The position numbers were made by a program, and so were the translations under genes. A stretch of 36,114 nucleotides of DNA from Candidatus Heimdallarchaeota archaeon (GTDB lineage: Archaea > Asgardarchaeota > Heimdallarchaeia > Heimdallarchaeales > Heimdallarchaeaceae): the NCBI GenBank assembly GCA_016839945.1, contig JAEOTE010000065.1:1-36114 (forward strand), read 5' to 3'. Below the pieces are notes generated by a model. The model made no database searches. It saw only the letters and a program-made list of their open reading frames with translations, and had not been told where the DNA came from. How positions within the stretch are numbered: position 1 is the first letter of the stretch; the number at the start of each line of letters is the position of its first letter. Positions 18,893 through 28,269 of this stretch are shown here, piece after piece.

Positions 18893-21829
18893 ATGGAAGT
18901 ATTAACTTGCGTTTATCTAAAAACTCTTTCACAAGTTGATGGTGAGAATCCTCGCTCAACTCTTCTAATTGATGTAGATGGACAAAACTACAACTTAAAC
19001 CTCTGGAATCCTTGGAACGAAATAGTTGACTATCTTCAACCATATACAACTCTAAAATTATATAGTGTAAAAAAAATCTCTGGAAAAGATTCAACATATT
19101 TCTCAACAGACTCAAACACAATCGTTGTTGCGGATCCTGATATTCTTATAAATGCGACAGCAATTAATAATGTTTCATACTGCTCCCGAAGTTATTATTT
19201 GAGTGAAATGATTGGTGAATCTATTTCTCCTTATATTGCAGTAAGAGGTTCTATTATTCACGATTGTTTAAGTTATGCCATCATGAACAATACAAAACCT
19301 TCAGAGAATTTATCGCAAGTTTTAGATATTTTTTCTCTTCAGTATGAGAATTTTGGTTACTCCAAAGAAGATGTGCATCAAGAATTAAGAGAAATGGCAG
19401 AATGTCTTGATCCTTTTGTAGAAAACCTATCAGGTGACTCTCTTCCAGAAACACTATTTTTGTCACCTGATTTTGGAATAAGAGGAAGAATTGATCTTTT
19501 GAATAATGGTCACATCTTTGAATTGAAAACAGGTAAAATCTCTGAAAATAATGACGCACGACCTTCAGATATAAGGCAAGTTGCATTATACCGGTATGGT
19601 CTAGGAGATTATACTGCAGATAAGGATCCTGAAAAAGGTTCTATCCTCTATGTAGGTACTAACAAGGTTGTAAGAAAAATAGTAGAACCAAACTGGAAGA
19701 TGCTAAAATATGCTATGGGCAAAAGGAACATCGCATATATGGTTTCATATCAAGGTTATATTCCTCTGATACTTCCAGAATCTGCAAGGAGAAAATGCCA
19801 GAAATGTTCAATAAAGCATTTCTGTTATATTGTGTGCGCAGGTTTAAATCAACAACGAAACTGTTCAGAATGCCCACATAATGAACTCTGTAAACAGCAA
19901 GCTCTTCCAGAATCATATCGAGAATATTTCAACCGTTTTTCAAGATGGATAAGAGAAGAGAAAAATGAATCAAGAAGAAATTTCTCTGATTTATGGAATT
20001 TGAATGTTGATCAAAGGGTCGCAAAAGGAAAAACGATTCAAAATATGATTCTTGAAAATGAACAAAGTGAAAATGGAAACACTAAATTACTTTTCTCTTG
20101 CGATAACAAATCAGAACTTCGCGAAGGAGATATTGTTGTTTTAAGTGATGGCAAGGTTCTTCACGGACCTATAGCTACAGGTGTAGTTTCATCTGTATCA
20201 AATACATCAATTGAAGTAGACACTAGAGCAATTGGAGACAAAATGTCTGTGTTAGACTTGTATTCAATAGATGTAGGTTTTCGAAGACAACAGAGAGGTT
20301 TGTTTAATCTTGTTTTCAAGAAGAAGGATTTTAGAGACATTATTGTTGAAGAAAAACCTTCTCTTATTGATGAAGTTGAGGGAGATTTTATTCAAAACAA
20401 CCAAACTCAAAACAAATCTATAGAGAAAATATTAGGCACCCAAAATTATTGTCTCATTCAAGGACCTGCTGGAACAGGTAAAACTCACGTTATTGCAAAA
20501 GTAGCCATTATACTAGCTGAAAAAGGGGAAAAAGTTTTACTAACAGCATTTACTAATCGAGCAGTTGATAATATCTGTTTATATCTATTAAGAAACAATT
20601 ATCACAAATTCATTAGATTAGGATCTTCTCATTCTATTCTCAGAGAAATAAGAGATTATACACTTAGTGAATATAAAGAAAGAAACGAAGAAAAATCCAC
20701 ACAAAGTATTTTAGAGGATTTTCCAATAATTGTAGCTACTACTTCGACAATTTCAAATCCTGTATTCGAGAAAATAGGAACTCAAACAATTATAATTGAT
20801 GAAGCAAGTCAAATGACAGAACCAACAGTATTATCAGCTCTAATTGAAGGTGATAGGTTTATACTAGTTGGTGATCACAAGCAACTTCCACCAGTAGTGC
20901 AAAGTTCTAAGGTATCCGAAGAAGGGATGAGTCTCTCTCTCTTTGAGAGATTAGCAAAAGCTAATTCTAGTAACGTTCATCTCTTACAACAACAATTTAG
21001 AATGAATGAAAAACTAATAGATTACTCAAACAAACAATTTTATGATAAAAAACTAAGCTCCTTCAATGATGAAATAAGAAAACAAAATCTATCTAAATTA
21101 TCTAATTATATTGGAGATTATAATGAGATTCAACACAGTAGTATTTATGATCCAGACTATCCTTTGATTTTTGTACCTGTGAAAGGTAATTTTCAACATA
21201 AGAAAAAGATTAACGAAGAGGAAGCTAAAATTGTTGGTCAAATTGTCTCAAACTTTCTTAAATTAGGATTGAATATCGAACAATTAGGAGTTATTTGCCC
21301 CTATAGAGGTCAAGTCAGTGAAATTAGACGCTTAGTACATCCTACAGTAACTGTTGATACTGTTGATCGTTTTCAAGGAAGTGATCGTGAAGTCATTATA
21401 CTTTCTTTAGTCGAATCTCAAATTCATGGAAGTAAAGGTTTTGCTGATGAACGTAGACTTAATGTTGCTTTAACTCGAGCTAAGAAAAAACTAATTGTTG
21501 TTGGAGATCCTCAAGGAAAACAAGACGTATTAGAAAATTATATCAAATATCTAAATGAAAATGCTAAACAGATTGATGCTATAGAACCAAAATCCCCAAC
21601 TTCAATTGAACAAGATTTGATAATTGTAGCAGATAATATTAATAAAACTGCAAGGATACTAAAAGATGCTACTGCCAAGTGCTTAATCTGTTTTGAGCAA
21701 ATTCAAGATGATGCAATTGAATGTCCTAACTGTAAATCTCTATTTCATATTGATCATATCATTAAATGGATTAAAAATTATGATCGTTGCCCATATTGTA
21801 AAACTAAACTGTCGGCATTTCTTAAATAG
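18893..21829 (+). CDS. dna2: Dna2-like nuclease-helicase (PD-(D/E)XK Fe-S nuclease plus SF1 helicase) with C-terminal RING-variant finger
   Basis: Nuclease: YCSR, GSIIH, GRID, ELKTG, QVALY, CQKCSIKHFC; helicase: QGPAGTGKT, TAFTNRAVDN, IIDEASQ, VGDHKQLPP, QFRMN, TVDRFQG, RLNVALTRAK; C-terminal CLIC...CPNC...HIDH...W...CPYC. Confidence 0.88.
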   Translation: MEVLTCVYLKTLSQVDGENPRSTLLIDVDGQNYNLNLWNPWNEIVDYLQPYTTLKLYSVKKISGKDSTYFSTDSNTIVVADPDILINATAINNVSYCSRSYYLSEMIGESISPYIAVRGSIIHDCLSYAIMNNTKPSENLSQVLDIFSLQYENFGYSKEDVHQELREMAECLDPFVENLSGDSLPETLFLSPDFGIRGRIDLLNNGHIFELKTGKISENNDARPSDIRQVALYRYGLGDYTADKDPEKGSILYVGTNKVVRKIVEPNWKMLKYAMGKRNIAYMVSYQGYIPLILPESARRKCQKCSIKHFCYIVCAGLNQQRNCSECPHNELCKQQALPESYREYFNRFSRWIREEKNESRRNFSDLWNLNVDQRVAKGKTIQNMILENEQSENGNTKLLFSCDNKSELREGDIVVLSDGKVLHGPIATGVVSSVSNTSIEVDTRAIGDKMSVLDLYSIDVGFRRQQRGLFNLVFKKKDFRDIIVEEKPSLIDEVEGDFIQNNQTQNKSIEKILGTQNYCLIQGPAGTGKTHVIAKVAIILAEKGEKVLLTAFTNRAVDNICLYLLRNNYHKFIRLGSSHSILREIRDYTLSEYKERNEEKSTQSILEDFPIIVATTSTISNPVFEKIGTQTIIIDEASQMTEPTVLSALIEGDRFILVGDHKQLPPVVQSSKVSEEGMSLSLFERLAKANSSNVHLLQQQFRMNEKLIDYSNKQFYDKKLSSFNDEIRKQNLSKLSNYIGDYNEIQHSSIYDPDYPLIFVPVKGNFQHKKKINEEEAKIVGQIVSNFLKLGLNIEQLGVICPYRGQVSEIRRLVHPTVTVDTVDRFQGSDREVIILSLVESQIHGSKGFADERRLNVALTRAKKKLIVVGDPQGKQDVLENYIKYLNENAKQIDAIEPKSPTSIEQDLIIVADNINKTARILKDATAKCLICFEQIQDDAIECPNCKSLFHIDHIIKWIKNYDRCPYCKTKLSAFLK

Positions 21830-21897
21830 GGCTTTCTCTTCTTCTATCCTTTAGTTCGGAAAAATGAAAAAAGAAAAAAAAAAGGAAAAAATTTGGT

Positions 21898-23730
21898 TTA
21901 TTTTCTGAATCTTCTGAATGCTAGTATAGATGCTAGTCCAAGGAATGATAGGAATATTAATCCAGCTATTCCTGTTTCTGTTGCAGTTACACGTACTGTG
22001 AAACCTGCAGCTTCAACATAATCAATAGCTAAATCAAGATCAAATGCATATGGAACTAATTCATCATTAAATCCTACTAGAACATTTGGGAATGGACAGG
22101 TTGCGGCAGAGCCAAGACCTTCAAGAATTTCATCAACGATGGTTTGACGTGGGCATGAGTGACTAATAGCTTTACGGATGAATTTAGCAGCTTCAGGGGT
22201 TCCTAGAGGTGTTAATTCACCAGTACCTAAGATTGGGTGTTTCATGTTGATTGACATTTCTTGATGAGATGGATCTCCAATTAATACACCTTCAATTAAA
22301 GTCTCACCTTCAAAGTCTGATAAGACTGGGTAGTATTGTGCATCCATGATGTCATAGTTTCCTAGTTTCAATTCTGAAATAGCGTTATCCTTACCCATTA
22401 CATGGGTTATGTAAAGATCAGTTAGGAAGGGTTGAACACCACCAGAAATAATGGTATCATCCCAGTATGGGTTTGGTACCATGTGAACTGTGCTGCTTAC
22501 TGAATCAAAACTGCTTAACATAAATGCACCAGGAGATTTGACTAGGTTGAAACCAATAGTTGGGTCTCCTGGGGGTAATCCAAAGATGTCATAACCATGG
22601 GTTGCAATTAATTCTTCTACACCAGTACCGTCGCCTTTATGTTTGTCAAGAATATAATAAGCTAGAAGACTTAATGGGAAGTTATACATAGTAACTAAAC
22701 GGTAAACCAATTGACCACCAGCACCAGGAATGGTTATTTCTATAGAATCATTAGTTCCAAGGAATCTAACTAGATTACCATATTCGCTTGAAGCCATTAC
22801 TGGAGACATAAATAATTCCATTGTGTATTTAATATCTTCTGGAAGTACAGGTTCACCATCATTGAATTTAGCATCTGGGTCAAGATTAACAGTTATGTTA
22901 ATTGGGTGAGTTGCACCTACGATGGGTCCATCAATTGTCCAGTTCTTAGCGATAACAGCTCCCCATTCACGTGTAACTTGTTCTCTTTGAACTAGTTGTG
23001 CATGGATCATTTGCATCCATTGAAAGTCGTAAAATGAGGCTCCTTCATAAATGTTGTATTCTCTAAGATCTGCTGGGATACAGTATTTGATGATATTATC
23101 ATCAGGGTCATCCCAGAGCCATGGACGTTGATTACCGCTAGCAAATAACATATCATCTATTCCAGTAAGACCAACTTTGTATCCAAAGAGTGATTGTGGA
23201 TAAATGATGGCAATTGCAGGAAGATCGTCGAAAATAATTTCTTGTATGTCAAATGCTAGTTCAATTCTTGCAACTGGATCTAATTCAGCAAGATAATCAT
23301 CTAGCATATCATCGTATACTGGATTGGAATATTGATAATGGTTGTCACCTGCTGGATGGATACTCAATGTGTCAAAAAGACCAGTGAGATCTAGATCCAA
23401 ATCCCATGACCATCCGACAAAGAGAAGGTCGTATCCTCCATCTTCATATACTGGAATATAATTATAATCCAATAATGGATGTGCCCATGTTCTTGGACCT
23501 ATATTACCCCATCCTGTAGATTCATGGAATGATATTCCAATACCTGCTTTTGGTAGCAATTGCTCCATTAGTAATGACCATTGGTTACGGGCTGGACTTG
23601 TGTTTGGCGATAGTATGTTAATCGAAAAGGCTGTTTGAATTGTAACGTCTTGTGCTAGTACATTACCAGCAACCATGGAAAAACCAAATAAAACAATTAG
23701 GCTTATGCCTAACAATGCTTTTTTATTCAT
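21898..23730 (-). CDS. ABC transporter substrate-binding protein, family 5 (peptide/nickel-like), C-terminally membrane anchored
   Basis: Signal peptide from MNKKALLG (ATG 23730); AKFNDGEPVLPEDIKYT, IRKAISH, YSNPVYDDML; C-terminal TM followed by RRFRK. Confidence 0.85.
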   Translation of the reverse strand: MNKKALLGISLIVLFGFSMVAGNVLAQDVTIQTAFSINILSPNTSPARNQWSLLMEQLLPKAGIGISFHESTGWGNIGPRTWAHPLLDYNYIPVYEDGGYDLLFVGWSWDLDLDLTGLFDTLSIHPAGDNHYQYSNPVYDDMLDDYLAELDPVARIELAFDIQEIIFDDLPAIAIIYPQSLFGYKVGLTGIDDMLFASGNQRPWLWDDPDDNIIKYCIPADLREYNIYEGASFYDFQWMQMIHAQLVQREQVTREWGAVIAKNWTIDGPIVGATHPINITVNLDPDAKFNDGEPVLPEDIKYTMELFMSPVMASSEYGNLVRFLGTNDSIEITIPGAGGQLVYRLVTMYNFPLSLLAYYILDKHKGDGTGVEELIATHGYDIFGLPPGDPTIGFNLVKSPGAFMLSSFDSVSSTVHMVPNPYWDDTIISGGVQPFLTDLYITHVMGKDNAISELKLGNYDIMDAQYYPVLSDFEGETLIEGVLIGDPSHQEMSINMKHPILGTGELTPLGTPEAAKFIRKAISHSCPRQTIVDEILEGLGSAATCPFPNVLVGFNDELVPYAFDLDLAIDYVEAAGFTVRVTATETGIAGLIFLSFLGLASILAFRRFRK

Positions 23731-23998
23731 ATTTTTATTCACCTTTTTATATTCCACCAAAAACATTTCTTATAGGTGGAACTAGTGAAATCTTGATTTC
23801 CATCTATATATATTTTTTGGGTTTTTATTTTAATAATTGGATTATTAGAGAATTTTCATTCTAATAGAATAATTTCATTTTTTTGTCAATTCCGATTAAG
23901 AATAAGAACCCTTTTTACGCCATTTACAACTTTTCATTCCAATTGTTGGAATAAAAAAAACACTCTAGTAGAACCTCTTATCTAATGGTTAGATTATT

Positions 23999-24472
23999 TT
24001 ATGAGACATTGACCATTAATTTCATAACTTGCCATAATATCAATGCAAGAAGAACTAGGAAACCTCCCCCAAAATAATACGTGAAAGAGTTGAAAGTTGC
24101 TTCCTTAAAGCTTTCTTTACTTATAGGATCTGATCCAAATATTTTTTGTTTAATACCTGATATAAACGCTGATTGACCAATATTACCAAGACATGCACCG
24201 ATAATAATTACCAAAGCTACCTCACCATAAATAATATATTGCATAAAATCCAAAATAAAAATTAATTCATTGTCGAAGCCATAAAGAAATATCAATATTA
24301 TTATTAAGTCGATAATAGAAAAAACGAATGCAGTAATAAATCCAAGAAATGCAATTCTGGGCCAATTTATTTTAACTCTGTCTCCCTTTTCTTCTTTTTC
24401 TTCTGTCTCTTTCTTTTCGACTTCTATATCTTCGACTTCTTTACTTTGCCATTTCTTCTTTTTTTCACTCAT
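23999..24472 (-). CDS. Hypothetical membrane protein (3 TM)
   Basis: Charged N-terminus then three hydrophobic helices; start probably ATG 24472 (MSEKKKK), overlapping the ATPase stop by 8 nt. Confidence 0.7.
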   Translation of the reverse strand: MSEKKKKWQSKEVEDIEVEKKETEEKEEKGDRVKINWPRIAFLGFITAFVFSIIDLIIILIFLYGFDNELIFILDFMQYIIYGEVALVIIIGACLGNIGQSAFISGIKQKIFGSDPISKESFKEATFNSFTYYFGGGFLVLLALILWQVMKLMVNVS

Positions 24473-25493
24473 TCTTTTCACTTCGAGCTGTAATAGCAGA
24501 ACCGCAGTAATTACAGAATTTTGAATCATCAGTTACCATATTACCACACATTGAACAGGTTATTATTTGATTATTGTTCTTAAAACTGCTTGGTTCAAAT
24601 ATGGGTTCTAAGATTATTTTTCCTTTTTGTGCAATTATTGAAAAATGTTTGGGATTGTTTAGATTTTGAATTATATTGGTAGGAATGGCTAATCGATTTT
24701 GTCTGTCTATTTCCAACAATCGACTCTTTTCCAACTTACGAAGTTGAATTTCACTACTATGTTGCCCTACAATTATTCCATCTCTTAATTCCAAAATTCT
24801 ATCTGCTCTGGAAGCAACTTGTTGAGAATGAGTGACTATACAAATTGCAATACCCAATTCCTCATTAATCCTGTCAAAAAGATCAAGTATATTTTCTGAA
24901 GTTAGAGCATCCAAATCTCCTGTTGGTTCATCTCCAATTAAGATTTTGGGATTTGTGATAAGTGTTGTAGCAATTGCAGCTCTCTTTTTTTCCCCACCTG
25001 AGAGTGTGTTTTCTTTTTTATTTCTTTTCTCCCAAATACCTAAAAATCTTAGTAGAAATTCTGTTTGTTCTTTAACTACGCTAGGTTTGATTTTCGCGTA
25101 ATATCCAGCTAGTTCAATATTTTCTTTGACTGTTAAATGAAGCAACAATTTGCTATCCTGAAAAATCACACCTGCAAATCTTCTTCTTGCTTTTATAATC
25201 TCTTCTAAGGATGATCGTGTAATGTCTTTTGTAAGATATTTCCAAAAAACTTTCCCAGAAGTGGGTTTTGTTATTCCAGAAATTATGCTTACTAAAGTTG
25301 TTTTACCTGAACCACTGGGTCCAATTAGAAATAATTTCTCTTTAGGATAAACCTTGAAAGAAACTCCTCTCAATGCTTGAGTTTCAATTTTACCTGTTTT
25401 GTATATTTTTATTATATCTTCTGCTACTAGTAGTGGTAAATTATTATTTTCATCTACCGTATGTCGCGAAGTAGAGAGCTCTGCGTTAGTCAT
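24465..25493 (-). CDS. LolD/MacB-type ABC ATP-binding protein with C-terminal AbrB-like domain and zinc ribbon
   Basis: GPSGSGKTT, LSGGEKKR, LIGDEPTGDLD, VTHS; tail IDRQNRLAIP...KIILEP (AbrB-like) and CSMCG...FCNYCG; start probably ATG 25493. Confidence 0.88.
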   Translation of the reverse strand: MTNAELSTSRHTVDENNNLPLLVAEDIIKIYKTGKIETQALRGVSFKVYPKEKLFLIGPSGSGKTTLVSIISGITKPTSGKVFWKYLTKDITRSSLEEIIKARRRFAGVIFQDSKLLLHLTVKENIELAGYYAKIKPSVVKEQTEFLLRFLGIWEKRNKKENTLSGGEKKRAAIATTLITNPKILIGDEPTGDLDALTSENILDLFDRINEELGIAICIVTHSQQVASRADRILELRDGIIVGQHSSEIQLRKLEKSRLLEIDRQNRLAIPTNIIQNLNNPKHFSIIAQKGKIILEPIFEPSSFKNNNQIITCSMCGNMVTDDSKFCNYCGSAITARSEKNE

Positions 25494-25655
25494 AATCTCT
25501 GTTTTCTCCTTTTCATGCAAAATGCAATTTCGATAAGAAGTTAAGTATAAACATCTATGAAGTTTACTGTTTTTGATAGAATCACAATGACTGTGGCTAA
25601 TAGGAAAAATCGAAAGACCTCTTAATCTTTCGTTCAAACTTCTTTATTTATGAGT

Positions 25656-26672
25656 CTAAGCCTTTTCATCGAAATCCATATCTGGAGTTCTACGTGCGTC
25701 TATAGCACCAGTGATTTTACGATAGAAATAGTCTTTATTTCTCCATATAGTGTCCAGATTTCCAATTAAAAGGAAAATACCATAAACTAGAAGAAACGGA
25801 ATCATATACAATAACCAAGCTGTAAAACTAACACCTATCGGATGGTATTGTCCTTGTTCACCACAACACTCTTGAAATTCGAAACCATAAACTAGAAAAG
25901 TGTTGGATCTTCTATCTACGAAAAGTGAATAGAAGAATTCTCTGAAATCCAGTGATATGTTGCCTGTCATTAGAGCTACTGAAACTCCAACAACTAAACT
26001 TGCCAAAAACATAATGACTAAGAATGTTCTTGTTTTTGGAAGGAATTTGGGTCTTTTTTGAACTATTTTAAATACTATGAAATTGTAAGTTCCTGCAACA
26101 ACAGCCCCTAGAACAATAGGCATTATAACGATCAAAAAATATGCTAACGTATATTTAGGATTATTTGGAAACGCTAATTCGCCTGATTTATTTAAAGGTA
26201 AGTTAGATCCCCAAATGTTTTCCAAACTGTAAAATCTGTGATTTTGAGCAAAATTCTGTTCTGCAACTAAATCATAACCATTTCTGAAGTAACCACTATC
26301 TCCTAGCATGAACAAACAAAAACCTAATATTAAAACCACCATTGGGGCGAAAAACCATACTAATACTGGTTTAGCTATTATACGTGAGCTTGGATCTTGT
26401 CCCGAATTTAATCCAAATGTAAGAAATACTGAAACCCAGTAATATGGACCTTCTAGAAAACTTTCTCCTCTCAAAGTATTTGTAATGCCCATTATTGTTA
26501 CACTTATCAACCAAGTTGCAAATAGGTAAATACCCATCGGAGAGTGAAACCTTTTCCAAATGTATTTTAGAGCTGCTAAAATCCAATCTCTCCAAACACC
26601 AAAAAAGGTTCTTGGGCCTAATTCTGTAGAGCTTAAAGATTTTTCTTCAGATTTTACATTATCGGTGCTCAT
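25656..26672 (-). CDS. Hypothetical polytopic membrane protein
   Basis: 338-aa ORF with 5-6 hydrophobic segments; no family motif recognised. Confidence 0.7.
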   Translation of the reverse strand: MSTDNVKSEEKSLSSTELGPRTFFGVWRDWILAALKYIWKRFHSPMGIYLFATWLISVTIMGITNTLRGESFLEGPYYWVSVFLTFGLNSGQDPSSRIIAKPVLVWFFAPMVVLILGFCLFMLGDSGYFRNGYDLVAEQNFAQNHRFYSLENIWGSNLPLNKSGELAFPNNPKYTLAYFLIVIMPIVLGAVVAGTYNFIVFKIVQKRPKFLPKTRTFLVIMFLASLVVGVSVALMTGNISLDFREFFYSLFVDRRSNTFLVYGFEFQECCGEQGQYHPIGVSFTAWLLYMIPFLLVYGIFLLIGNLDTIWRNKDYFYRKITGAIDARRTPDMDFDEKA

Positions 26673-26811
26673 AATAATAACACGATTTATTTTACAATAA
26701 GCATTTTAAATCTTTTCTGTCCAAATAAGTTTCGTATATTTAAAAAATACTTCAACCAAAATGCTTTAAGTGTGTGGTATTTGAAGGTTTTAACGTATTG
26801 AGGCTCAAAAT

Positions 26812-28251
26812 ATGAGTAGTAACGAAGAATACACTTTAGCTTTGACCAGCTGCGGAATAGACGTTGGTACAACAACATCACACCTGATCTTTTCTAAACT
26901 CAAATTAGAAAAAATCTATACTCCTAGAGGAGTAAAATTTGAGGTTACAGAGAGAGAAATATTGTATAAGGGTCAGATTATCTTAACTCCTTTGATAGAC
27001 GGTCAGAATATAGATTACTTAAAACTCGTAGAATTTCTTAAGGAGGAATATATACTAGCTAAGATGTCAATTGATGATATCGACACTGGTGCAGTTATTA
27101 TAACAGGTGAAAGTGCAAAAAAAGAAAATGCAGAAGAATTGGTTAAATCATTAGCTCATAAGGCAGGTAAATTTGTTTGTGCAGCAGCAGGACCGAATTT
27201 TGAATCAGTTATTGCAGCGATGGGTTCTGGAGCCGTTCAATATTCAAAAAAATCACAAAAAAAAGTAATCAATATTGATATTGGTGGTGGCACTTCAAAT
27301 ATAGCAATTATAGAAAATGGAGAAATAATTGAAGCTGCTTGTGTTAATGTTGGAGGAAGGTTGTTAGCTTTTGATAAAAATAACAAAATTGTAAGAATCG
27401 AATATCCAATCAGATATTTAGAAGAAAAGTTAGGAATAAATTTCCAATATGGATTAGAAATCACAGAGAATCAAAAAAAGGAAATTGCAAAAATCCTAGC
27501 GGAAAGCTTATTTGAAGTCTTAGATCAGAAAATTGTTTCAGAAATTGCAAAAAAACTCTTGATGACAAATGAAATAGACCACAAAGAAGCAATAGATGAA
27601 TATATCTTTTCGGGAGGAGTCGCTGAATATATTTACAACAAAACTAAACAAGAATATGGTGATTTAGGTAAACATCTTGGCGAAGAAATTAGAAGAATAA
27701 TAAATAAAAAGAAACTCATAATACAAGAGCCCAAGGAATTAATACGTGCAACTGTAATTGGTGCAGGTCAATACACTCTCCAAGTTTCAGGAGTAACAAC
27801 TCATATCTCTGATGAAGATGTGTTGCCTATCTATAACATCCCTGTTCTAGAACCAAAAATCAACAATAGAGAAATAACAGAAGAAAACATTAAGCGAGCA
27901 ATAATCAAAAGTTTTAGTCTTTTTGACATTGATGAAGGCGAAGCTATTGTTGCTCTTTCATTCAAAGGAGCAATTGGTGGTTCTTATGCGGGATTAACAA
28001 CGTTTGCTAAAGGAGTGGTCGGCGCAATACCCAACACAATTAAAAAAGAAAAACCAATCATAATGGTTTTTGATAGAGATGTGGGTAATTCAGTAGGAAA
28101 TGTAATGAAAAGAGAAACCGATGCAACCAAGAATATCATATCTATAGATGAAATAATTGTTGAAGAAGGAGACTTCATAGATATAGATGTACCTAAAGCA
28201 GGAGGACAAGTTGTTCCTGTAGTTGTTAAATCATTAGTTTTTTCGAATTAG
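26812..28251 (+). CDS. eutA: EutA-like reactivating factor for adenosylcobalamin-dependent enzyme (ASKHA ATPase)
   Basis: GIDVGTTTSHLIFS, TGAVIITGESAKKENA, FVCAAAGPNFES, IDIGGGTSN, FSGGVA, IRATVIGAG, SIDEI...GDFID, VVPVVVKSL. Confidence 0.9.
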   Translation: MSSNEEYTLALTSCGIDVGTTTSHLIFSKLKLEKIYTPRGVKFEVTEREILYKGQIILTPLIDGQNIDYLKLVEFLKEEYILAKMSIDDIDTGAVIITGESAKKENAEELVKSLAHKAGKFVCAAAGPNFESVIAAMGSGAVQYSKKSQKKVINIDIGGGTSNIAIIENGEIIEAACVNVGGRLLAFDKNNKIVRIEYPIRYLEEKLGINFQYGLEITENQKKEIAKILAESLFEVLDQKIVSEIAKKLLMTNEIDHKEAIDEYIFSGGVAEYIYNKTKQEYGDLGKHLGEEIRRIINKKKLIIQEPKELIRATVIGAGQYTLQVSGVTTHISDEDVLPIYNIPVLEPKINNREITEENIKRAIIKSFSLFDIDEGEAIVALSFKGAIGGSYAGLTTFAKGVVGAIPNTIKKEKPIIMVFDRDVGNSVGNVMKRETDATKNIISIDEIIVEEGDFIDIDVPKAGGQVVPVVVKSLVFSN

Positions 28252-28269
28252 ATTCTGGTTCGCAGAGAA

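Noticed and set aside
18893-19900. Cas4 / CRISPR-associated nuclease
   Set aside because: The Cas4-like fold is the nuclease module of a Dna2-type fusion; no cas1/cas2 or array in the window
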